A program made the translations under genes and the position numbers. A stretch of 60,020 nucleotides of DNA, counting the filler, from Sluysia triapertura (Eukaryota): assembly GCA_046118255.1 (NCBI GenBank). It is 4 parts of 4 records of this genome, joined end to end, with 100 filler letters (N's around TTAATTAATTAA, not from the genome) between each part and the next. Parts side by side here need not be neighbours in the genome. Positions count along the whole stretch, not along the records: positions 1 to 21,741 come from JBJNIA010249534.1; positions 21,842 to 33,318 come from JBJNIA010184335.1; 2 more parts are not named here. One strand, written 5' to 3'. Below the pieces are notes generated by a model. The model was not told the DNA's origin. It ran no database searches and saw only the letters and a program-made list of their open reading frames with translations. How positions within the stretch are numbered: the first letter of the stretch is position 1; the number at the start of each line of letters is the position of its first letter. Positions 11,800 to 23,673 of this stretch are shown piece by piece.

Positions 11800-13466
11800 T
11801 AAAATTGTTCGCTGTCGCTTACTTTACACGTTCCGCTATCTGAATGAATAGTCGAATTGTTATTGTTCCCGTTCAGATCTAATACTCCGACACTTCTTAG
11901 GATACTACATAGACAAATTCAGTATCGAGAATTATCAGTTGATCAACTCTATGGGCGTAAATGCAACCTCTCCCATACTTGACACAAATTCCATCTTGGT
12001 CACTATCGAATAAGCAGATTGCCTTTTTGGCAAATTAATAGCGTAATGATGTAAATTGTCAAGAGGATTTTTGATATCTTCTTCGCTTTCATTCACATGT
12101 TTTGGTGGCGATAATTTTGCGGTATAATCTTTAATATCTGCCATCACATAAATTAGAACTGTGCATTGGGTTTGTGTATCTTGAGAAGAATTTTAATCAT
12201 GAACGCTAGTTATGATAGAATCCACATAATTTAATGCATCAATTATCATATTCACTTGTGGTTTATCAAAACATCGAACATCATTAACCAAATGTGATTC
12301 CACTGAAACTCCATGTCCGTAAGTTTCGATCACATTGTGTTGTATCTCAACAACATATCTGAAAATTTTAAATTCAAACTGGCGACTTACTAATTTGCAT
12401 TCTGCCTAATTTTTAGAGTTCACATAGGTCCGTCGTCTAAAGTGGACAAAATCACTGTCACGCACAGTATTGACATTGTGGTTATCCTTTTTAATTGCTT
12501 TTACAATGAACGGATAATTCATCTTTTTTATCAACATGTTCTTTCCTGCAATTTATCCTGCAATTCAGAGTCATATTCTGGAAGATTATCAATTTTTTGC
12601 AAGCAAATTGGCGTTAGAATGTTTTGATTTAATTTATTCGATAAACAAAAAGCCAATTTTGCACGATTCCAGCATCACATCTTTATCACTATCATTAAAC
12701 TTATCATTAATAGCACATTACCTTCATTATTGTTTTCTGGTGGCTCATTTAAGCAAAACTTTTTCGATTTAAATTTGCGCTCATCGTACAATTTTCTAAT
12801 TAAATGAATTAACATGTAAACAGTTTCTTCGAAGATCTTCGTATACACAAAAAGCATATCTTGCTTAATTTGTACATCAATATTATTAATGAGAGTATCA
12901 AGCAATAATATCTTTAATCGTTCAAATTCTTCTATTGCCTTTAAATCATCTTGAGGTGTATATTTAGTTAAATCTCTTTTACAGATTACTATTTTCATAT
13001 TAACCAAAGGCATGCCAGCACGCAACCAAACAACTGTGGGTTTAATCATAGCTCTAGTCATTTCCACTTTATCAGCTTTCTGATTTCCAGTTGCTAAAAT
13101 AGATGTACTTAAAGACCAGTCTTTGTCATGAAATGTTGTTCGACAAACATCACTAACTAAGGAAGTATGATTGTGAAAACCAAATTTTTCCATGTCCTGT
13201 TCGTAATACAATAAACGTTTATAAGGTAAGTGATGTGGTACATCTTTGGCTAACCAGCAATTAAAATGTTTTTGCAGATCTTCAGAAAATTTAGCAACAC
13301 ATAAGTGTAAATTACTTTCTAAAGCACCAATCAAGGTTCCTGGTACAGGCACATAATTATTTAGAAAATCAGACACCAAAATTAAATTAACTTTAGATTC
13401 TAGAGACAGTTCTGTTTTGTGACTTTTACCACAAATTTTAATATCTATAATACCATAAATTTTCAT
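11800..13466 (-). pseudogene. Disrupted gene of unrecognised family: 263-codon open 5' part, then frameshifts/stops, a 32-nt intron and more coding-like sequence
   Basis: ORF 13466-12675; GTAAGT...TTTCAG intron at 12390-12359; downstream frame YVVEIQHNVIETYGHGVSVESHL...VHD*NSSQDTQTQCTVLIYVMADIKD... with an internal stop. Confidence 0.6.
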
Positions 13467-15295
13467 TTTTTGAGTACTGTTTTTTTATTACAGTAATTTT
13501 TCAGTTTTTTTAAAGTTCATTTAAGTTAATTTTTTATTCCCTAATAAAATTTTTGTGTATCAGTGACATTATAATCTGGAATGTATTTCTATTTGGTTAT
13601 ATTAGAAAAATTATCAAAAATTGATTGGTCGTCCAACAAGAGGAATATAAAAATAGTGATGAGAATAACTCTAGTTGGACAATCAGAAGTTAACTGATTG
13701 ACATGCAAACCACTATCAGTGGTGACAATGACTGTAAATGCAAATTAATGCAGTTACTACTGGTAGTGGTAGTTACTAAATTAATAAATTTCGCAACAAA
13801 ATTAAATTGAAATAAAAGTGGTAGAAATTAAAAATGGTGATAATAATAATAATGTTATTATTAATATTATTAGCCTAAAATCTATATATCCTTTTATTTT
13901 ATTTGAATTATAACACGATCTTTCTTGTGTTTACTTTACTTTAAACTTATGTAGAACTAGACATTAGTTTGTATTAGTTTTAAATGTATGCTTGATGTTT
14001 TAAGGTGTGATTGTGGTTATGATACTGTATGATAATGTGTAGAAAGTTTACGATGAATTTTTAAATGCTAATTAGAGCTTAAGTATTGAAAGTTATAATA
14101 TAATTCTTGTGAAATAACTTGAGTGTTTAGAATGAATGATAAATGTACATTGGAGTTTAAATGAAAGTAATGTTTAGCTGTTAGAATTGTGACTCTAAAC
14201 TGCGTTGAAAAGAGTGTAGTTTAGTGTATAAAAAGGAGATAAATTATAATATAGCTTTTAATATGTTCGAAAGATGATTATACAATGTTAAAAATATGAT
14301 TTATTATCTTGATATGTTTGAGTAATATTGTCTTCTATGCTGTTTGGGATTAAATGAAAATAGATCATGAATTTAGAATGTTTGGACTGTTTTGAAGATG
14401 TCTGTTAGTTAATTTCGAATATGATTGTGATTAGATTGTTCTGAAATGACGAATAAAATATTTTGATGAATTTTTTTAAATGTAATTTGATAGTTTTAAA
14501 TGTCATTGTGGTTTGTATGTTATGAGATTGCAGATTTGAAATGTTTTGAAAAATGGAAGTTGATTTTGGTGGATCTGGAAAGAAATAAGATATAAAAATG
14601 GTTGTGACGAATTTTACAAGGTTGAAAAGAATATGATCTTAGTTATATGTGAGTTATAGATCTTAGGGGTGAATGTTATATTGGCGTAGGATTGTGTAAA
14701 AAAAATGTTTTTAAGAAATTTCTGAAAATGTATGTTATTTAAAATAAAATTTCTTGAGGTAATAAGTTGGATGTCATCATGCTGGAATATATTTGATATT
14801 ATTATGTAATCGTTATTTATCGTTGCCATTGTTTTGCGACATATTACTTCTATTAGTTTTGCTCATGCTCGAATAGTGTTTTCATTGGTACTTTCTGATA
14901 GCTTAACGAAAGGTCCCGNNNNNNNNNNNNNNNNNNNNNNNNNNNNNNNNNNNNNNNNNNNNNNNNNNNNNNNNNNNNNNNNNNNNNNNNNNNNNNNNNN
15001 NNNNNNNNNNNNNNNNNNNNNNNNNNNNNNNNNNNNNNNNNNNNNNNNNNAAAAATAATAAAACCGAAACAAATCTAATACAATAGAAGTATTTTTTTAG
15101 TAATGAATTTTAATTGGTCCATCCATAAAAGTACAGTATGACTTTCTTAACAACAAAAACGTATTTATTTGTTGTTATATATAATGTGTAGTAGTTGCAG
15201 TTCATTAAATTTTATTATTTTATTAATTATTATTTACTAATAAATGATGGTAATATAAAATCAAAATAAATATTTACTTAAATTTTTTGTTTCAG

Positions 15296-18200
15296 TACAT
15301 ACGTGCATCAAATGCTAACGAATGCACTTACGACACACTTTGCAATTCTTTGTACGATTTGATGGTTAAATATTGGGATATTCAAAAACCTTCTATGATC
15401 ATATCTGTTAACGGTGGTGCTAAGAAAATGATTCCTCTAAATGGACAAGCTAAAATGGCTTTTAAAAGTGGTATTGTCAACGTTGCTAAAAATGCACGTA
15501 AGTAGTTTTCGTGCATAATAATTACACAGTTAACCTTGCTCAATAAGAACAAGGTTCATATTAAAAATTAGTAGGTACATTCATTAACATAATAATAACA
15601 AAGATTTCCAGAAAAATTATATTTATTATACACATTTATTACAATTTTTAATTCTTAGACACATAATAATTGCCTAGATGCTTTTTCTTCTTGAATTTCA
15701 TCAACCAGATCCTATATTTTGTTCATCTTATAAGGAATGAGTTTGTTTTGCATACTCATTGGTTTCGTATTCTGTCATTACTGCATCTTCTTTTTCAGAA
15801 CTTTATTTTTCATACTTCTCTACTAGATCAAATAAAAGATGTTCATCAAATTTTGAATTAATCTCGAAACATGGAAAGACTTAATAAAACAATTAGAGAT
15901 AGTCGCTGTTTTTACACTACTCAATGCTTGATGCAAATCAACCTTTTTGCACCACATCTTTTGTGTAACATTATTATCTAAATTAAAATTCATTGACATG
16001 TTCAAAAACTTTTTATAATAGTCTTTGAAACTTTTTATAATATCTTGGTCAAGAGGTTGAATAAGAGATGGCGTATTTGATGGGAAAAAGAATAATTCGA
16101 TGTTGCTCAATTCGAAGTCTTTTGGGTGAATAGATGCGTGGTCATCTGCTGTCATTATACTGTTCAAATCTTTAGCCAATCGAAATAATTGTTATCGTCA
16201 TCCAAGACTTTGTATTCCAACGGTAATAAGGAGGCAGTTTTTCTATATGTAAATCTTTAAAACAACAATGTCTCTTCTTCGACCTGCCTATCACTAAAGG
16301 CTTTATTTTTATTCTATATTATAGCTACATTTATGTCTGCCTTTGCCTAATTTCATAGCCAATTAAGTTTGGTAAGCTCTATTATTATTTATTCTACTTT
16401 TTCTTAGTATCTTTTGAAATGTTTCTTATCCATTTTCAAATTTCTATGTTTACTTAAGTTCAAATTTTTAAAATAAATTTAAAAATAAATTATGAAACTT
16501 ATATAATTCCATATAATCCATTAGCACAAGCAACACAAAAGTTCACGTTCATTTTCTTACATAATTGTGCATTATTCATCTTCCTAACTGCCCAATTTTT
16601 AGAAAGTTTAAAACTCCTCCCAGGTGCCAGTTTTTGAAAAATATTATAATGATTTATTTTTATTTTTGACATAATAACGTTTTAATATTAATTGTTTATG
16701 AAAGTTTGTAAAGTTGAAATTTTGAAGTGCATTGAATCATCAATTCAGATAACAGAGTAGCAGAGGTTTTCTTAGGTGAATTAAAAAAAAGAAATTTCAA
16801 GAAGAGTTATCAATGATATCAGAATAAACAAGGATTTTTTTTGAATCTTGTACACAAAAATGGTTGGCGAATTTCAGTTTTAATGTTTTGACAAAGAACT
16901 GTCCGCATGGATTGATAGACTTGAAGAAAGAGGTGCTATTATTACGGATAATATAATAAAAGAAAAAGCAGTTCAATTAGCTTATTTAAATGGCATACAA
17001 GATTTTAAATCTTCAAATGGGTGGTGTTAAGAAGATTTTTTTAAATGAAGTTAAATCTAAAATTGAAGAATATGGACTTGACAATGTTTATAATGCTGAT
17101 GAAACAGGCATCTTTTACAAACTTATTCCGTCTAAAAATGTTAGGAATGGTTATAAAATATGATGGGTAAATTTTCTATACCAAGGTGTTTCAAATGTTT
17201 CTCATATTCTTCAAATGCTTGGATGACCAATAACATTTTTAATAAATGGTTATTGGATTGGGATTTCAAGCTGATTAAATTGCAATTTGAAAGTAAAAAT
17301 CTTAAAGAAACTATTGGAGTTCAAGAAGTTTTTACAAGTAATGACAAGTTAGATGATGGTGAAAAAGAATCATCAAACAATGACTTTCATAACGTTTTGT
17401 ATTTCTAGAAAGGAGTGCTATTCTGCTATTCAATTAATAAAAAATACTTCGACTAGCCCGACATGTTTGATTTTAAAGCTATTGAAGCACTGAATAATCA
17501 AGTCTCAGAAGTCTGGAAGAAGAATAAAAATAAAAAATAAAATGTTCATTTGAATTTCCTTACTAACAGAAACTTATTTTAACATCACATTTTAACGCAA
17601 ACCGAATTTTGCAAATAAAAAAAATATTACAGCAATCATTATTTATGACTCATCATAGTACTCGAAATTTAAATGTACATTATTTAATAATATTTAAAAA
17701 TCGTAGAGATCAAACTGTAATAGATTATTTAGCACAACGAGCATTGCGACATAACAAATAATATTTAACTATTAAATTATTTTTTTTATTGAAATAATTT
17801 ATTGCTAATTATATTTATAATAATAATAATAATTATAATTATAATTATTATTAATTAGCAACGTGGATTATTACTGGTGGTTTTGGATTTGGTGTTTCGA
17901 AATTGGTTGGTGAAGCATGTAACGATTATCTGATTGGTTCGTCGGATAAATTATTCACTGTGATCGGTATTGGCAGCTGGGGTGCCATATATAATAGAAA
18001 TCAGTTAATACAAAAGGTGTGAATGATATTTTTATTCATTAATGCACTTGTCTTAGCACTTAGTACATCGAAATAGACTTTATATCTAAGAATTGTTGAT
18101 TCAATCGAATTTATACAAAAATTTAGCAAATATTAAAATGTATTTAGCGCCAAGATATATAAATTATCAATATTTTAATTGTGAAATATTATAAGACTTC

Positions 18201-21053
18201 AAACAGATATTAAAACTCGAATTAATTAATACTATTGATTTTTATCAGTAGTATTGTATTGTATCAATTATTTCATATTTTTATTGGCTTTTATCTTATA
18301 TATTCAATTATAACTTTATGTTGTTTAACATGCTACATTTGAATCAGCGGATGTAAAGATCTCGTAGGTTTTCCGTTATGCCCAATTCGAGAAATATTTT
18401 CATGGCACAAGATTTCTGGACGGTAGTTGGTGTTCTTGGGATGATAATGATAATAATAATAACCTTATTCATAATCATAATTATAATCATAACCATAATA
18501 ATAACATAATAATAATCAACCATAATAATGATCATAATAATACAAATAAAAATAATAATCATAATAGTAATAATAATCATAATAATAATCACGATAATAA
18601 TAATAATAATTATAGTCATAATAATAACCAAAATCATAATCATAATAATAATCATATTAATAATAATCATAATCTTAATCATAATAATAATCAAAATAAT
18701 AATAATAATAATAATAACCATAATAATAATCATATGCATAATAATAATAATAATGATAATCGTAATAATAATCATAGTCATAATCATGTTAGTAATAATA
18801 CTATTCGTAATAATAATTATTAATATTATAAATATTAGGGAAGAAGAATTATTACTTATTCCAATGTTCAAGGGAGTACCATCTCCAGAGGTCAGGCTCC
18901 ATTGGATCCTTTTCATGATATATTTTTGTTATTCGATGGATATAGACAGAGAGAATTTGGCTTGGAAATTTTATTTCGATCTCAATTTGAAAAATTTGCA
19001 TCAGAAAAAGGTTAATAATTTGTAAAAATAAAATCGATTATTTATTATTTCAATAAACATCGATTATTTGATTGAAATTTGACATCAATAAGTTGGTAAG
19101 AAAAACGACACTCTTTAATGTTTTATTTACAATTTGACACCTTTAAGCCACATTCTTTTTCCGGTGAAAGTTCGAAAACCTATGCAACATAACCACTTTA
19201 ATCTTTAAATCTTTCTCCTTTTTTATCATATCTTTAACCTTATGCCTTCATTTCATCTAAATCACATAATAATATTATAGATATAACTATAAATTTCTGA
19301 AAATTATCANNNNNNNNNNNNNNNNNNNNNNNNNNNNNNNNNNNNNNNNNNNNNNNNNNNNNNNNNNNNNNNNNNNNNNNNNNNNNNNNNNNNNNNNNNN
19401 NNNNNNNNNNNNNNNNNNNNNNNNNNNNNNNNNNNNNNNNNNNNNNNNNNNNNNNNNNNNNNNNNNNNNNNNNNNNNNNNNNNNNNNNNNNNNNNNNNNN
19501 NNNNNNNNNNNNNNNNNNNNNNNNNNNNNNNNNNNNNNTGTAGTACAGGTTCTTGTCGAAGGCGGGAAAAAAAGCATTTTAACAGCTGCAGAAGCACTCA
19601 ATTCTGGTATTCCTGTGGTTGTTATGAAAGGATCCAGAAGAGCTGCTGATGTAATATGCGATGTAATTGAGCAAGTTAATGAGTTAGTGAAGATTATATT
19701 TTGAATTGATGCAAATTTATATTAATGTTAGATTGTCATCATCACAACTCTTTAAAATCACTAAATTTAATACAAAAAAGCAATTAAAATCATTAATTTC
19801 TTTAAAAGAAAATTCTAATACTTTCTATAAGAGAAATCGAAATTTCTAGAATGTTTGGTTGGTTGATAAGTGGTTGATATAAATCTCACTTTAATTTCAT
19901 TATTTTTTAAAAATTTATTTATTTGGAAAAAATGTATCGGCACCATCTTGGTTTTATTAAAAAGCATTATTATACTGAGCGATGGATTTTAACTAACTGT
20001 TCAATCAAAGGATTTCAGCATCGCTGATCTTCTTGATCAAAATAATAAAATATTCGGTCAAATCATTTTTAAATCCTTTTTATCTCACATTTTATGATGA
20101 GAAAAATATTTATTTAAACTCTGAAGTATTAAAATTAAAGACTGAAAAGGTTTTAATTATAAAATAATTTCAGTTTTATATCTTTATTCTTTTTTGCTAC
20201 ATTTTGCTATATTTAAATATAATCTTTTATTTAATAAATTTTCCAGTGTTCTTTTGTTGAATTGTGATTTGTAGAATTAAATTTTTGATATTCGGACCCT
20301 CTAACTATTACTACGTAGAGCANNNNNNNNNNNNNNNNNNNNNNNNNNNNNNNNNNNNNNNNNNNNNNNNNNNNNNNNNNNNNNNNNNNNNNNNNNNNNN
20401 NNNNNNNNNNNNNNNNNNNNNNNNNNNNNNNNNNNNNNNNNNNNNNNNNNNNNNNNNNNNNNNNNNNNCAGTCAATGAAATCATATCCACTTCATTGGAT
20501 GAATATAAAGAATTATGGACTATTAAAGACGATGAGATGATATCATTACGGAAATGTTTATTAACTATTCGCTCATTTTATCGTTCAAAATTAGTGCACA
20601 TTTTCAATATGAGTGATTTTGATAAAAATCTTGATAAAGCTATCTTAATAGCTGCTATTGAAGGTTAGCAAATGTGATTTGAAGTTTGTTAGAAGGTTTT
20701 TTATAAAAAAATTAAGCTATATTTTTTAAAGCTTATACATACAATCAAAAATTTTGTTTATTTACATCTTTTTTTAAAAAGCGCCCAATTTAAATCATCA
20801 AGATTGATTATAAGCATAATTTTCCAATAACAGAAATAAAACATTGACCAATAAGAGATTGGCCATTGATTTGTTGAGATATAGGCTTTAAAAGTGCCAA
20901 ATAAATCCAGTTGATATTTTGATGTTTTAATAATTTAATTTAAATTTAGCTAAACGAGAAAAAAATGAAATGAAAAATGAAATGAAACTAGAATTAGCTA
21001 TGATATATAATCGACCAGACGTGGCAGAAGAAGAGATATTCGAAAAGGGTCAA
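15296..21053 (+). CDS. TRPM: TRPM-family cation channel, N-terminal MHR/SLOG exons (partial; parts in N gaps, remainder beyond the contig end)
   Basis: Exons 15296-15497 (YWDIQKPSMIISVNGGAK), 17859-18016 (WIITGGFGFGVSKLVGEA...IGIGSWG), ~19539-19680 (VLVEGG...IPVVVMKGSRRAADV), ~20469-20663 (LDKAILIA), 20950-21053 (LELAMIYNRPDVAEEEIF); splice phases match where both ends are visible. Confidence 0.93.
15525..16420 (-). mobile_element. Decayed pogo/Tigger element in a TRPM intron
   Basis: TKAWMT, FFPSNTPSLIQPLDQDIIKSFKDYY, TISNCFIKS motifs. Confidence 0.9.
16690..17717 (+). mobile_element. Second decayed pogo/Tigger element in the same TRPM intron, opposite orientation
   Basis: FKSSNGW, VYNADETGIFYK and SSNAWMT motifs; ends ...CAAACTG|TA, like a CAGT-type TIR with a TA target. 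Confidence 0.88.
18440..18835. repeat. Long degenerate (AAT/CAT)n microsatellite
   Basis: Directly visible; source of the poly-Ile ORFs. Confidence 0.95.
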
Positions 21054-21741
21054 GTAAGACAACAATATGATGTATAATAATACCATTAATAATGTCAGAT
21101 CACAATAGACTAATAATAATGATAATAATAAAAATATTTATTATTACATAATCGTTTGTGAATATAATAAATATTTATTTACGGAAAACAAAATCAATTC
21201 TAATTGAAATAATTGTATATATTATATTGTATATGGTATAAAATATGTGTAAGACCGCTCACGGAACTAGAGTGGGGAATAAATATATAGATATTCTTAA
21301 ATTCCAGGATTTTAAAATCAAAATTAATTTCAGTAAGCTTTATTTTGTAAGTTTACGTCTTCTTCGAAGAAAGATTCTATAACTATTCTTAAAATCACTT
21401 CTAAAATCATTTGCCAACATTCACAACTTAAAATTTATTAAAACATTACATTCAACATCCATAACTCAAAAATTCACCAAAATATAATTTCCAAAGCAAT
21501 TACACTTTTTACTATCGAACTACACCAACTCAATCGACATTTATAATATCTCATCAACTCATATATACCAACAATTCGACTAATACTCTCAACCATCCAC
21601 ATCACAACAAACTCCGACATTTAATATCGAATAATTCACAACATTTACTCAAAAGCTATTTCGACAAACAAACCACAACCACAATATATAATACACAAAT
21701 CATAAATACAATAACACCATTCAACAACGTTAACAAGTACC

Positions 21742-21841
21742 NNNNNNNNNNNNNNNNNNNNNNNNNNNNNNNNNNNNNNNNNNNNTTAATTAATTAANNN
21801 NNNNNNNNNNNNNNNNNNNNNNNNNNNNNNNNNNNNNNNNN
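21742..21841. other. Artificial contig-joining spacer
   Basis: 44 N + TTAATTAATTAA (stops in six frames) + 44 N. Confidence 0.97.
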
Positions 21842-22200
21842 CAGATTTATATGTTTTGTACCTAATAAAGTTTGACAGACCGTACCATGTAGTTGTCAAA
21901 GTTGTTATTGTCGGTTTGTGTGAGAGAATGTTTGGTTGTGAGATTTGGAATTGATTGGATGATGAGAGAGTATAAGATAAAGATTTCTAAATTTTTAACA
22001 CACAATAACAACAATAACACAGTCATACATTCACACAATCCAATCCTACCGGTATTGTAGATCTATGCATATGGTAATCTGTTTATTTATTTTTACTTTT
22101 TATCATTTTATAATTTTAAATTAAATAAAATAAAAGAAATAAATAAGTTTTTTGGGAGTATCTCAAGGCTAATTTAGTGGAGACTCCTGTGAGGATTGGA
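21842..22200 (+). mobile_element. LINE RT remnant, same family as 1020-2830
   Basis: ataaagtttgaca...tgtcaaagt...tgtgagagaat matches the reverse complement of 1040-1110; GVSQG (GVPQG-like) at ~22155. Confidence 0.55.
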
Positions 22201-22419
22201 TTATTAATGATTATTTATTTTATTCATTTTATAAAAATGCTTATTATTATTACAAAAAATAAAGGAAGATTTAAAAAATTTAAATTAAAATCTAAATCAA
22301 AATTAAATTTTAAAGAAGTGGAAAATAATCATAATTAAAAAAATAAAATTGTCTAAATTTTTGTTTTATTAGACTAAATTAGTATATTTTGTTTTAATGG
22401 AATATTTATTAAAATTTAA

Positions 22420-23120
22420 TAAACGCCGCAATATGGCGATTACAAATTCTATATATAAGTTGGTGACTTGTAGAATTTCGACCAGTCATTTGCAAGAAAA
22501 TTTTATTCTACAGGACGCAGATTATTTTTCCATGAAAGTAAGATTTTTAATTATATGTTTTTTACCTTCTCACCATAAAAGGGAGAAGTAAATTCAGACT
22601 TAAAATCTTTGTTACAGTTTTGCTTATACCGTAATACGGATAAGTCAAAATCACTTAAAATCATAATACTAAATTCATTAAATCGAATTTAAGTATTCTA
22701 AAATAATTATCATTATTATACATTTACACCTTGTACCTATTCTGTATAAGCCATATTTTTGAATAATAAAACTTCAAGCTAACTACTCGAGTTTTTTATT
22801 ACTGAAAGACAAAATCATCATTAAACGCTAGACCGTAATAAGGCTAGCTTAAAATAATAAAATATTAGAAAAAGCTTTCAACGATTAGACCGTAACCGCT
22901 AATTTAATATTTTATTTTACTAAAGTTAGACCGTACAAAGGCTAACTAAAAATCATTTAAATTATATATAATTAAAAGTATTAAAATAACTCAAGATTCT
23001 TCGTAGATACTCCTTACCTCAAGCCAATAATATTTACGTGACTATTCTTAAGTTGAACTTTCTCTTTAAATCCTAACAGACCGCCGTCGTTCAGACTTAA
23101 GCCGTTTTCTGTTAGGCGAA
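22420..23120. other. Array of regularly spaced short hairpins, probably within an LTR-like repeat
   Basis: Hairpins at 22424, 22464, 22566, 22623, 22685, 22730, 22827, 22884, 22924 and 23072; see findings. Confidence 0.7.
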
Positions 23121-23642
23121 CTTTCTCGAGATCACTATTAGGTAAAAACTTCTTTGTACTCCCTTCGTAATTTATTTTAAAATATTAAATTTACTTTTAT
23201 TTTTAAGGAATTTCATTATCACTTAGTGAGAGATTCCCTTTACAGTTTGTTTTTAAGATATAATATTTATCCAACATTAATATTTTAAACTTTCTGGATA
23301 TTGATATTTTTTTAGAATCTGTTGCGTCATTCCTGGTTTTTTCATATAGACTGTCATATCCTTAATACTATTTTAGACGTTATTGTTAATTCTGTAGTTT
23401 TAGTTATTTTATTGTTGTTTTATGACAATAATTTGTAGTTTGATTCTTTTGTAATCATTAAATTATTGTGTTATATTGGTTTGATTTCAAAGAGTTTAAT
23501 TTTTAGGGTGAATAATTATTGATATCAAATAAAAGAATTTTTTGAAAACTTAAACTTGATTTAGCTAGTACTTAGATAATTGAGATTTCTTTAAAGCTAT
23601 TTAATATTGGTTTATCATAGTTAATAATTTTAAAGACGCAAC

Positions 23643-23673
<31 letters not shown>

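Noticed and set aside
18344-19025. 190-aa and 165-aa poly-Ile ORFs
   Set aside because: Translations of an (AAT/CAT)n microsatellite within a TRPM intron.
14834-20668. ORFs running through N gaps (14834, 14863, 19287, 19307, 5' part of 20264)
   Set aside because: Artefacts of translating Ns; only the TRPM exon parts are supported.
22420-23120. CRISPR array
   Set aside because: Eukaryotic context, repeats not sequence-identical, irregular period and no cas genes; reported as a hairpin array instead.
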